Assembly (NCBI RefSeq): GCF_006345805.1
Contig: NC_043006.1
Coordinates: forward strand, 39,866,001-39,930,000
DNA: 64,000 nt
Direction of reading: 5' to 3'
Origin: Octopus sinensis
Lineage: Eukaryota
Below the pieces are notes generated by a model. That model did not search any database and was not told the origin of the DNA. It saw only the letters and a program-made list of their open reading frames with translations. Of the stretch, positions 13,639 to 26,645 are shown piece after piece; positions within the stretch are counted from its first letter, which is position 1, and every line of letters begins with the position of its first letter. The translations under genes were made by a program, and so were the position numbers.

Positions 13639-13916
13639 TTGTGTGTATTACGTGGCTGTGTGTGTGTTTGCCTCCCAGCCACATGGTTCCGGGTTCAGTC
13701 CCACTGCGTGGCACCTTAAATAAGTGTCTTCTGCTAAAGCCTCGGGTCGACCAAACCTTGTGGGTTGATTTGATAGACGGAGACTGAATGAAACCCATCG
13801 TATATATGTATATATATATATATTTATATTTATATATATGTGTGTGTGTGTATGCATGTATGTATATATATATAGGTATATATATGTTTGTATGTTTGTA
13901 TATATATATATGTATA

Positions 13917-14049
13917 TACAGGGTGTCCCAAAAAATGTATACACACCTTAAATAATGTAAATTTGTTATTCTTTGTAAGCCTAGTACTTATTCTATCGTT
14001 CACTTTTGCCGAACCACTATGTGTATACATGTTTTTGAGACACCCTGTA
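13917..14049. mobile_element. Miniature Tc1/mariner-type element (~130 bp)
   Basis: TA|cagggtgtcccaaaaaatgtatacac ... gtgtatacatgtttttgagacaccctg|TA. Confidence 0.8.
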
Positions 14050-14092
14050 TATATATATATATATAGTATATATATATATATATATATAATAT

Positions 14093-14132
<40 letters not shown>

Positions 14133-14399
14133 ATAGTACTCAAACACGCTGGCACGCTACATACGCCCCACCCTTCCCCTCCCTCCCTTCCTCCTGCTTC
14201 TTTTTTATACTGACCTTTGTCTGCTAAGCTGACCACTGTCTCGCCCCCTACCTCTACACGCCTACACACAGACGCACACACTAACAACACATATGATATT
14301 TTTTTGTTTTTTCATCTCGCCTCACACACACACATACACACACGCACACGCACACACTCACACATACACACATCTGTTGCGTTACCAACCTTGTCTCCA

Positions 14400-14660
14400 C
14401 TCTTTGCCTTTAAAACCCACTTTGCTCTGTTTTCGTAAACATCCGCCTTTCACCATGTGCAACTCGTAAACACCAGTCGTCTTTTCTCTTCCCTGTTGCC
14501 CGCTCTGGGATCTTCTTTCCTCTCTCTTCTTCTTTATGTTTCCGACGAAGACCTCCGCTCGAAACGTCATACCTCCCTGCTTCCATTTCCTGAGCGCCTA
14601 TTAATAATAATACTGTAATGTTCCATTGTTGTTGTTTTTTTGTTCCCGTTTGGATTAAAA
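14400..14660 (+). mobile_element. Penelope-like terminal-repeat remnant
   Basis: ccgacgaagacctccgctcgaaacgtc followed by tttcctgagcgcc; same family as the 18.8, 36.7 and 37.1 kb copies; PLE assignment inferred from the CTGANGA...GAAAC layout. Confidence 0.5.
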
Positions 14661-15104
14661 TTATATATATATATATATAATGTACATATGTGTGAGTGTG
14701 TGTGTGTCCGTGTGTTTTTGTATCACCCTACTGCTTCACAACCGGTGTTGGTAACTTTACTTCTCCGTAACTTAGCAGGTTGGCAGACCTGCCCAATAAA
14801 TTAAATACCAGGGATAAAAAGTAAGTACTGTCGCCGATTCATGGACGCAATCTAATGACTGAAATAAATAAAAGATATGTGCGTGTATGTGTGTGCGTGT
14901 ATGTGTGTGCGTGTATATTGTGTATATGTATATGTACGAATGAATGTATGTATGTATATATGTCTACATTTGCATAATATGTATTATGTGCGTGTATATA
15001 TATATATATATACACGCACATACTTGAGCGTCTGCTAATATTTTGCATGTAACACGTCCTCCTGCTGTTTCTTTTTCTTATGCATTTCCTCGATTCGGAG
15101 GGTA

Positions 15105-15163
<59 letters not shown>

Positions 15164-15289
15164 TGGCTGCCCCCTCGTTATCGAGTATGCCCATTGCACG
15201 AAGCTTAACTTATTATTGTGCAATGCCTGTACAAGAAGATTTTTTTTTAAGTGAGGAAAGGCTGTGCACTGAGTCAATCCCACTCACTA

Positions 15290-15670
15290 AGCAACAGCAC
15301 CCATAATCCGATAAGTCAACATCATCGGTAACCACAGAGCCGCAGGTTTTATATTGGAGTTATCCCAGTTACCTGAGTTACCTTCTCCTAGAAGGATGCC
15401 CTAACAAAGGCTAGGTGTCCTTCACTCCCAATGGTTTAACTGCGCGATCGGGTATTCAGTTCAATTATTTCTATGTCCCTGCGCATGATACAGCCTTAAG
15501 ACATTTATTGGATGGCCGTTGACTCTCAAGAGTTCCTCCGCCCTTTGACAGGTTTTGTTTTTCACCCTGCAGGGTGTCCACTAAACACCCTCCTCACCAA
15601 GCAAGCTTGGTGGGGTTGCCGGTTTAGTCAGTCACCGACGACCCGACCATGCACCACGTTGTACTGGGTT
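15290..15670. mobile_element. Possible RTE-type LINE 5' UTR remnant
   Basis: ccttctcctagaaggatgccctaacaaaggctag resembles a motif I recall from RTE-clade 5' regions; no ORF support. Confidence 0.3.
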
Positions 15671-15762
15671 ACATGTTACCAGTAGCATTCGAAAGTGACC
15701 GGCAATATAATATATATATATATATATATATAATATATATATATATATATAATATATATAAA

Positions 15763-15794
<32 letters not shown>

Positions 15795-15826
15795 TAGATA
15801 GATAGATAGATAGAAGATAGATAGAT

Positions 15827-15881
<55 letters not shown>

Positions 15882-16931
15882 TAGATTTATGGATATATGT
15901 ATAGTATGTATCTTTATATATATATACCCATACATACATGCATATACTCACTTATACGTCCGATTGGTGTTACTGAGTAGGATTGAATTAATTCTCTCGT
16001 TACAAACGGAAGATATGAACCACAGATCTTTGCTTGCCACACAAAAAATGCTTTTAATATCTACTGTGAGCTAATCGGCTTCGTCCATTGAAAACTGTTT
16101 TGTCTTAGTCACAGATGGAATATGGTATCGTAATTAACAAGATACGAATTGGTGACCTTTTGTCTGCTTGACCGGTGCCCTATCGATCCGGACATTTGCG
16201 TATGTCAACGGTTTACAAAAAGACTGACACCTGACCGGAAACACCTTATATGTTACAGGAAGTCGGGGCGTGCTTGTAAATCGGTTTCTATGCTACAGGA
16301 AACTAGTCTATCATTAGAACAATGTTATGTGTTAAGCAACGAAAGAGAAACAAGAGAAGCTAGTTATAATACATCATTTTCTCTTTCTTTTTTGGCTTTG
16401 GAATAGAAACAATATCTCTTTAAACACGCTCGGGTTGTTTCTGTAAGAATGAAAGAAATTTTGGAACGTTGTATCTAAGTTATTGATCAATAATTGAACT
16501 AGCGTAATCTATGGTATTATTTAAAGTTTATATTCTTCTGACTCAGCTAGGATAAAAATGTAAAAAAAATGATGCCTCCGTAATGTTGAACCAATCAACA
16601 AAATATGCAATGATTAGTTGTAATTTTATCGATCCCCGAAGTTATGACAGGCAAAGCTGAACTCAGGGAGATTTGAACTCAGAACGTAAAGGGCCAAAAT
16701 AAATAACAGAAGGTGTTTTGCTAACACAAGCTGTATTTTGGGACAAATATGTACAAACTCAAGTAAAAGCGAATTTGTACACCAGTTGTGCATACATGCA
16801 CAAATAGCTGACTGAATACACAAAAAGTCATCAAGTTCATATATGGATTCTCAAGGCACCTATTGCATTTAACTCACTCAAGATCCAAAGCGAATTGAAG
16901 GTTCTGAGTTATGTCTACAAGGCTATGTGCG

Positions 16932-16982
<51 letters not shown>

Positions 16983-17041
16983 AGAGAGAGAGAGAGAGAC
17001 ATACATATATGTATGTGTGTGTGTACATATATATATAAAAC

Positions 17042-17370
17042 AACTGTATAATAACATAATATTTTATTCTCCGATTTGAAGCGACAATTTATAAATACAA
17101 ACTAATTACTGAAAACATTATGAGCTAACCTCAGCCAGAATCGAACCCATAAGTCAACACTAGCACGGCTTCTTGCGCATCCTGTTGGCCAATCGCTCAC
17201 TCATCAATTTCAGCCAAATTTAGTTAATATATACTTAAACTGCTTTGTTGATTTCTGGCTTCGATTCTGCCTGGGGCTAGTTCATCATTTTTCAATCATT
17301 CGTTTGTATTTATAAATTGTCTCTTCAGATCGGAGAATAAAATATAATTATGATATGTTATTATACAGTT
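17042..17370. mobile_element. MITE-like fold-back element with ~120-bp imperfect inverted arms
   Basis: aactgtataataacat...ttttattctccgatttgaagcgacaatttataaatacaaac mirrored by gtttgtatttataaattgtctcttcagatcggagaataaaa...atgttattatacagtt. Confidence 0.7.
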
Positions 17371-18123
17371 ATTATTATACTATGATTCTTCTATAGTAGC
17401 TTTCTCTCTTTAACTTACAAAGCCTTCGGCATGTGTTTGCAAATATTATATGTATGTATATTTATAGCCCCATGGGCATACGTTTATTATTATCCTTGAC
17501 ACAGCAACTATTCTTTATTTTATTCTTTTGATTGTTTTTGTTTTAATCAGTGGATTACGTCCATGCTGGGACACCACCTTAAAGAATTCAGTCAAAGCGA
17601 TCGACAGCAGTACTTTTTCTTTCAACAACAGCGATAATAATAATGATATTTGTTGGAGTCAAAAGATGATGATGATGATGATGATGATGATTTGAAAGAG
17701 AGAGGAGGAGGGAAAAGAGGAGCAAACGAAGAAAGAAAATAAATGAAATGTAAAAAGAAGACAAATCAATGTCTGCCTTTGTTTATTTTTTGCTAACGAT
17801 ACCGAAGTCAGACATATTGCCTTATGAAAAAGAGTAGTTTTTCGCAAATTAAAATATATATATGTATATGTCATTGGTTAGGATCAACTATTGTAGGAGA
17901 TAGTGCTGTCTAGTAGACTGATATTTTGTCAAAAAGAAGAAAAAAAATCAGCTTTTATGAGGGAAACAATTTACACAAAAGCTTTTCCTCACAAAGTTAG
18001 ATTGACGCGTAACATTGCGTTTTCGTTAGACATTTCTAGATATATTGACGCAGAACAATAACCCAAACAAGCAGCGGAATGACAAAATATACATACATAG
18101 GTGTATACATATATATATGCGTG

Positions 18124-18155
<32 letters not shown>

Positions 18156-18196
18156 GGTGTGTGTGTGTGTGTGTGTGTGTACCTATATACATACAT

Positions 18197-18234
<38 letters not shown>

Positions 18235-18255
18235 TTATATATATACATATATATA

Positions 18256-18416
18256 GGCGCAGAAGTGGCTGTGTGGTAAGTAGCTTGCTTTCCAACCACA
18301 TGGTTCCGGGTTGAGTCCCGCTGCGTGGCACCTTGGGCAAGTGTCTTCTACTATAACCTCGAGCTGACCAAAGCATTGTGAGTTGATTTGGTAGACGGAA
18401 AAATGAAAGCTCGTCG

Positions 18417-18449
<33 letters not shown>

Positions 18450-18665
18450 ATATGTTTGTGGGGGGGGGGTTCTGTGTTTGTCCACCTACCATCGCTTGAC
18501 AACCGATGCTGGTGTGTTTATGTCCGCGTAACTTAGCGATTCGGAAAAAGAGCCCGACAGAATAAGTACGAGGCTTACAAAGAATAAGTTCTGGAGTCGA
18601 TTTGTTCGACTAAAGGTGCTGTGCAAGCATGGCTGCTGTCAAGATAACTGAAACGAATAAACAAA
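18256..18665 (+). mobile_element. SINE family A
   Basis: ggcgcagaagtggctgtgtggtaag head through the catggctgctgtcaagataactgaaac tail. Confidence 0.9.
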
Positions 18666-18776
18666 TATATACAGATATATATATATATATTTATATATAT
18701 ATACGAGTGTAAGCGTGCATACATAAATATATATCTTTACATATATATATGTATATATATATATATATATATAACG

Positions 18777-18990
18777 GGAAGCTTTATGAAAATAGACAAA
18801 AGACGAAGGCAGGTGGAAAACAAACGAACAATTGTATTAGTATGGCGCTCAGGAAATATAAATAAAACAAGTCTTTAACGTTTCGAGCCTACGCTCTTCA
18901 ACAGAAAGATACACAGAGAGAAAAAAAACACAGAAAGAAGGAGAGAAAAAAAATGCGTGCAGTAGCTAACGAATCAACATGGCGATCTTG
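18777..18990 (-). mobile_element. Penelope-like terminal-repeat remnant
   Basis: Reverse strand reads tctttctgttgaagagcgtaggctcgaaacgttaaagac...tttcctgagcgcc. Confidence 0.55.
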
Positions 18991-19400
18991 GCGAAGGTAT
19001 ATATATATATACATATATATATACCACACATAAGGGACATTAGCCATTTGAATGTGGCTAGGGACAGGGCAGGGCGGTGGGGGTGTTACTGATGCATTTA
19101 GCCCCAGGCGATCATCAACGTCACCAGATACCCACCGCCCTGCCCTGTCCCTAGCCACATTCAAATGGCTAATGTCCCTTATGTGATGGAGCAGTTACTG
19201 TCTATATCTCGTTTAGAGAATTATTATTGCCATATATATATATATATATATAATATATATGTCTATGTGTGTGTGTTTGTGTGCGTGTATGAACACAAAT
19301 GTGCAAGTGTTGTATATTCATTATGCATGCAGACCTGTAGTCGATGGTTACACACGACTGTTGTAGGTACTTATGTAGTTATACATAAGGTAAAACAATA

Positions 19401-19715
19401 GTGGAGGCGCAATGGCACAGTAGTCAGGGCAGCGGACTCACGGTCACAGGGTTGCTGTTTCGATTCCCAGACCGGGCGTTGTGAGTGTTTATTGAGCGAA
19501 AACACCTAAAGCAGCACGAGACTCCGGCAGGGGGTGGTGGTGGTAAACTCTGCTGTATTCTTTCATCACAACTTTTTCTCATTCTGTGTCACGCTGAATC
19601 TCCCCGAGAACTACGTGAAGGGTACACATGTCTGTGGAGTGCTCAGCCACTTGCACGTTAATTTCACGAACAGGCTGTTCCGTTGATCGGATCAACTGGA
19701 ACCCTCCTCGTCGTA
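19401..19715 (+). mobile_element. Chimeric SINE: family C head joined to family D 3' region
   Basis: 19401-19575 matches 33775/52528; 19585-19715 matches 52090-52225. Confidence 0.75.
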
Positions 19716-19917
19716 GTAGAGAAATAACAATAAGTACATGCATGCATGCATGTATGCATGTATGTATGTATGTATGTATGTATGTATGTATGTATGTATG
19801 TATGTATGTATGCACATTTGTAATATATATATATATATATATATATACACACGCACACAAGCGCACACACACATACACATATGTTATAGTTATATGTATG
19901 CTTGTATGCACATATGT

Positions 19918-19975
<58 letters not shown>

Positions 19976-22956
19976 TATATAAATATATGTATATATGCAA
20001 ATATATATATACACACACACACGCACATACACACACGCATACACACGCACGCACACATATATGATATACTTATATGTATGCTTGTATGCACATATGTAAC
20101 ATATATATATATATTTATACATATGCATATATATATGCACATATATATACACATACATATATACACACGCACACACACATATTATATTCATACACGTATA
20201 ATAAAAGGCGAAGAAATAGAATATATATGACTAATAAATTCCAGCCAAATGTAAACAATATATACAGAAATGAAACCCGCAAAATGGCGAAAAAAATATG
20301 TTCATAAACAAACGCAGAAATCAAATATATTCGCTGTAAAACGCAGAAATCAAATATATTCGCTGTAAAAGGTTAGTAAGTTTTGCGGGTAAAGAAGATG
20401 ATTAAAAGTAATTGTACATGAAATTACAATATAGAATTTTGACGCCACCTAGTGAGAAGAAGTCGTATAATTTCAGAGAAATCCAACTGTATGCGGCGGC
20501 CATATTGAACACAAGTGTTTACACTGCACATGAGAAGTAGACATAAATATGGAGACGTAAATATGAACTGTTTCAGAGAGCAGAGTATTTGTTATTTGGA
20601 ATGTCGAGCACTGATCTAGTTGAATTATGATCAATAGTACTCCAACCTTGCTCACCTCGTGTTTTATTCACGTCCAGTTATATAATACATCTATATAAAA
20701 TGCTGTTTTACATAATGCATTTGTTACTAATATTTTTTTCCGTCGCTAATAATGCCTATATATAATCGTGTTTTCCGTTTTCTGTTTTCATGAAGCATTC
20801 ACTGGTTCATTATAATATTTATTTACGAAGGTAAATGTAACGAAGGAGTGTTTTCGACTCAGGTGCAACGGATGAATTCTGGGGAAAAAAAACACTGTGC
20901 TAATATTCTACTGTAGTGCTGATGAACATGACGGACAACTGTAAAACAAGGTCTGGGGGAAAATAATCAGTGATATATACCCTAGAGGGTTGATGTCCTA
21001 GGAAGGAATATAGATGACGGAAATGTGAGAGATGACGGAGATGCGTGGATTTAGATGGAGGTATCACCTGACCATCTGGTTTCAAGGAGTAGAGATCACT
21101 GCAGAATAATTGTGTGTGTGTGTGTGTGGTGTGTGTGTGTGTCTGGTTGCTCGTTTGAGAAGTGGTTTTTACGCTCATTCCAGAGCTTGCTGCGATGGGC
21201 AAGCATCTTTTACTATAATCTCAGTCCGATCAATAGCTTGTGAATTGATTTGGTAGGCGAAAAGTGTATGGAATCTGGTTGCGGGTGTGCATGTGTGCGT
21301 CTCTGTTCACTCCCACATTTCTTTACGATTTGAAAGCCAATGTTGGTTTGCTTACGTCCTTTTAACTTAGCATGTCGGAAAAATAAGGACTAGGCTTAAA
21401 ATTGTGAGGGAGATTTGTTCACAGAAAAACGGACCTCCACTCTAGCTGCTTACAAATAAAAGAATGGAAGAATATACACACACATGTTTCTATCTATAGT
21501 GAAATACAAGCTACCATATGTAAAGTGGTGAGTCTAAAACAATTTGCAATTAACGTAAAGGCCAATTTATACAAGAAATGTTTATACCGTAAATAAAAGT
21601 AATATCAGAAGGCACAAGGGGAAGAACTCTTGAAACTTTAGTCTACCAAATATGAAATGTTAAATTTATTTTCAGCTAAACATCTTAAGTACGGTAACTG
21701 GTACTTAACCATGTATTTCGAATATAGAAGTTATTCTTGGGAAATTTCCTAATATCTATAAGTGTCTACACGTTTGTATCAATGTCTACACGTTTGTATC
21801 AATTCTAAAGCAGTTATATTAGTCGTTGTAAAGGGAGAGACATTCCGGAACCATTGACTCTCAGACTTTGAAAGTAGAAAAATCAAATTAAGAAAAGATT
21901 ATTGCAAGTGTTCGTCTGATTAACTTTTTATATCAGTGATGCTTTTACAATAGTTCACATTATCTTTTCGATGCGTATTTTTCGTCCGTTGGATTGTATG
22001 AAGGAGAACCTTTTAAAGCCCCGTTTTCTCTCCGCATTCATGCACTCACAAACACACACACACACACATACACACACACACACGTGGAACATATTTAAAG
22101 ACACAAAATCACACACACATTGACGTAAAAACTTAGGTACACATATACATGTACTTCCATTTACTACGCACTTATATATGTATGCATGTATATAAACACA
22201 TACATGTATGTATGTATGTATGTATGTATGTATGTATGTATGTATGTATGTATGCATGTATGTATGTATGTAGGAGTATTATATGTGGATGTGTTTGAAT
22301 GTGTATGCGTATTTTTGCAAACATTTGATTTGATAAAATGTACCAATTTCGTATCAGTTCTCTCTCCCATTATATCTGCATCAATGATAGCAGAAAATAA
22401 AATCAAATTGATACCTAAATAGTGTTGGTCAAGCTCGTACGGTTTCACCAAACTCAATTGCTCCACTCCTCACGATCTTATTTAGCGCTCGGAATATCAA
22501 CAGTGTAATAGTCCGTCCGGATATTCATCTGGTTGTTAGATTTTGGGGCGAGCCGGCCGATAGGTATATATCCACATCGGGATATCAACATTAGAAAAGT
22601 ACAACGGTGATCAGCACTTGCTAAGACTATTGTATAGTCTTTGTTTAGGCCGTATATTTTTTTCTTTTTCCAGGAGATACTCAGAACATCACGTGGTGTA
22701 CGCGTATAAGAGCCACCGCGCTTCTTGCCAAGTGTCCTAACAGTAGAGTGGTGGAACCGTACGGCAGTACTGATTCCACAGCAGCATGGATGTTAAGGCA
22801 GCGATAGCTTCCAAAAGACACTGAGGCTGTTATTAAGCACAACCCATTTTATCACGAGACGAATCTTTACTTCCTTTTCTGTGGATATGACGTTGAATTT
22901 GGCAGGCGGAAACTATGTGGAAAGCCGACACATATATACATGCATATACGCGTGTA

Positions 22957-23007
<51 letters not shown>

Positions 23008-24309
23008 TGTGTGGTGTGTGTGTGGTGTGTGTAATTTAGACTGTGTTTGCTACCCCTACCACTCCTTGACAACTGATGTTGGTCTGTTTACGTTCCTATC
23101 ATTTAGTGGTTCTGTAAAAGAGGCCGATTGAATAAATACCAGACTATGTTAAAACAAAAAAAAAGTACTGGCAGCAATTCGTTCGTCTAAAACCTTTCAA
23201 GGCGACTGCGCCAATGTGGTCGCAATCCAATGACTGAAAAATGTAACAGATAAAAGAAATACACAAGACAGAGTGGTGTTCGATCGTTGGTCAAGAAGAG
23301 AATAGAGCGGCAGATAAAGAAATTAGAAATGGAAAAGCTTATCAACTAAACTAAATCCTTTGTGGACAATGATAAGCAGTTCCAGTCGCTTTATTACAGG
23401 TTTGCCGACTTTCTGTCACCGAAATCAAACTTCTCTGCATGTTCTCATCCAAGAGGTGTTTGTACCAGATGCAACGGCATATTTTGAATCACCATTCGAT
23501 ATTCCTAACAAGAACTTGCAGAGAACCGAAGCAAATGGCCAAAAAGAATATTGAGCTCAGAGCAACGATGTTGTTTTTAGACCGTAATGGTTACCATTCA
23601 GTGCGACTATACAAATTCAAGATTCGCATTGGAATCGAAGAGTTAATGCATCTATCCTAGATTCACCAATAGTCACTGTTGCATCACGATTGGCTGCATT
23701 GTTTGTACGTACGTATGTATGTTTGTATGTATGTTTGTACGTACCTATCTATGTATGTACGTACGTATGTATGTACGTACGTATGTATGTGCGTACGTAC
23801 GTATGTATGTATGTTTGTGTGTGTGTATGTATTTGTATGTACGTACGTATGTATGTAACGGCTAGCAATAACTGAATATTATACTTCAGATGCGATTGGT
23901 CGTTTACGGAAATCAGAAATACGTTTTCAGCCATAACTGTTAGACGACATTGTAAAACATTGTATTCAACTCTATTTCGCTCGCCATTACCTAGCTATCA
24001 AATAGGATTGGCACTTGTCTGTCTGATTCACGTTAATCGAAAATTAACACGTTTCTTCTCCAGCGAAATTTCTCTCTTAACATCTCAATGCCTCGGGAAA
24101 CCGAAAATACGTGTCTTGTTGATTATAAATAAGTGTTTTGATGACATATTTATTAAAGTAATATACTTACAGCAAAGTGATCGAATGATATTAGGAACCT
24201 CTGTATAGACATATGAGTAAACTGTGGAAGGAACTTACTAAGCCAAATCTGCAGGTTCTATTCTTGGTTGATCTGTTTCTTGTCACTTATTCCCACTATA
24301 TTTTTTTTT

Positions 24310-24680
24310 CTTTTACTTGTTTCACTCATTAGACTGCGGCCATGCTGAAGCACCACATTGAAGCGTTTAGTCGAGCAAATCGAGCACAGTATTAGGTGCT
24401 TATTTAGTCGAACACTTTTTGCCGAACCTCTACGTCACTGAAGCCAGCACCGGTTGTTGTTGAGTGGTGGTGTTGAACAAGCGCAAATACACAGACATAT
24501 AAACATACATGTGTGTGCGCGCGCGTGTGTGTATGTGTACAAGACTGGTTTCTTTCAGTTTCCGTCTACCAAATCCATTCACAAGGCTATAGTTGAAGAC
24601 GTATGTTCAAGATGCCACGCAATAGAACTAAACTCCAAACCTTGATGTTAGAAAGCTAGCTTCTTATCACACAGCGACGC
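24310..24680 (-). mobile_element. SINE family A, diverged
   Basis: cttgtttcactcattagactgcggccatgctgaagcacc tail and ttctttcagtttccgtctaccaaatcc core. Confidence 0.8.
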
Positions 24681-25755
24681 ATGTGTCGATATTTCCCATA
24701 TCTACAAAATTCAGTTGTAGTCAATCGCGTATTGGTTGATAAACTCTGCTTATTTACTCATAATCGTTCATTTACTTTGTTACATAGACACAAATGATTC
24801 AGTAATGGGATCTTTTCTGTATGGCTGCCACTTCTCAATTTCTTCAATTTCTGTTCCAATTGATCTCATATTTGGTGTAATGATGTAGTTCTGTATGCTA
24901 ATCAAAGACATGAAATTCATTTTCGCCATAAATTAGTAAATAATGAGTTAATAGCTTTTAAAGTTTGCTAATTTTTGATAATTTTAGCCAATCGTAAGCC
25001 TTTTTCTATAATTTTAGCCAATCGTATGCCTTTTTCTATAGTAACAAACCAAACATGAGATGCCTTTTTTCTGCGAGAAAGCACATGTGTTGATAAATAT
25101 ATTCTACGTGAAACCACATGCGCTGAAGCTGTGTTCTATTCTTATGCTTGTGCCTGTCAGTTACTTGCACCCTGGTCGTGAGATGTGCTAAAAATAACAG
25201 CTAAATAAGTCTTAAATCACGCACATTTTGGTGTGGGTAGCATAATCATATGAATCCTCGTGTGTAGAATACAAATTCGTAAAACTCTTCTGAAAATTCC
25301 ACACAATAAAAATATTTATGAGGGGTTTATATGTTATTCGTAAAGCAGAATTTGATTTATTTACAGTTCCATATTAAAACACATGCTATTTTCAGAATGT
25401 TGACAACTCGTGCACTCACGCACAAAATGACAGTTTCCATGTCCTGTTTTTTGACTGATTAAAAGGATCAATCTTTAAACCTCTATAAGTATCTTTTTTT
25501 TTTAATTTTCTGGAAAAAGGGAAATATTCCTCGAGATTCAGCGTGAAAAATTACATAAATACACCAAATTTTAAAATTTTCACTAACCTTTGAGATTTCT
25601 ACAGGTGCATCCCAGTAAGATCCTACACATCCAACAATCCTATTCAGAGTAAGGGTTTTGAACCCTTTCCAGTTTTAATGGACACAGAAAATTAATTCAA
25701 CACAGTTATGTACTTACTGTCATGCTGAAAATTGTTGGTGTGAGGGCCATACTTT

Positions 25756-26175
25756 GCGAACTGGCAGAAACGTTAGCATGCCGGGCGAAATGCTTAGCAG
25801 CATTTCGTCTGCCGCTGCGTTCTGTGTTCAAATTCCGCCGAGGTTGACTTTGCCTTTCATCCTTTTGGGGTCGATTAAATAAGTATCAGTTACGCACTGA
25901 GGTCGATATATATTCGACTTAATCCGTTTGTTTGTCTTTGTTTGTCCCCTCTGTGTGTAGCACCTTGTGGGCAGTAAAGAAATAGGTATTTCGTCTGCCG
26001 CTACGTTCTGTGTTCAAATTCCGCCGAGGTCGACTTTGCCTTTCATCCTTTTGGGGCCGATTAAATAAGTACCAGTTATGCACTGGGGTCGATATAATCG
26101 ACTTAATCCGTTTGTCTGTCCCTGTCTGTCCCCTCTATGTGTAGCCTCTTGTGGGCAGTAAAGAAATGAGAAATA
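25756..26175 (+). mobile_element. SINE family B dimer
   Basis: gcgaactggcagaaacgttagc head; body repeated with junction aaagaaataggtatttcgtctgcc at ~25976-26000. Confidence 0.85.
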
Positions 26176-26469
26176 ATATATTTTGCGCCTACATTTTTTG
26201 TGTTTGTGTGGTGGGGTGCATGAATTTATGTAAGAATGCGAATTCTACATTGCTCAGTTCATCGAATAGTCAGGGGCAGATTTCTTGTGTTGTATCTAGT
26301 TGTGTCTAGTATCTGCAAATAAAGTACCTCACCCTATGTCATTGTTAATTAGCAATTCACCAATGTCTGCTTACTTCACCTTCCCATTATGTCGCGACAG
26401 ATGTGGCAGGAATCTACTTATGCCAAAATTTCGAACCTATATTTTGATAAGGCCAGCAGTTTCGGGGGA

Positions 26470-26645
26470 ACGGGTAAGTCGATTACATCGACCCCAGTAC
26501 TCAACCTGACGCATATTTTATCGACCCCGAAAAAACAAAAGGCGAAGTCGACCTCGGTGGGATTTGAACTCAGAACCTAAAGACGAATGAAATGCCGCTA
26601 AGCGTTTTATCCGGCGTGCTTAGCGATTCTGCCAGCTCGCCACCT
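26470..26645 (-). mobile_element. SINE family B
   Basis: tcgaccccg...gtcgacctcggtgggatttgaactcagaac...gattctgccagctcgcc. Confidence 0.8.

Noticed and set aside
20310-25050. Short two-copy direct repeats (30 bp at ~20310, 20 bp at ~21763, 30 bp at ~24980)
   Set aside because: Ordinary slippage duplications with no spacers, so not CRISPR-like.
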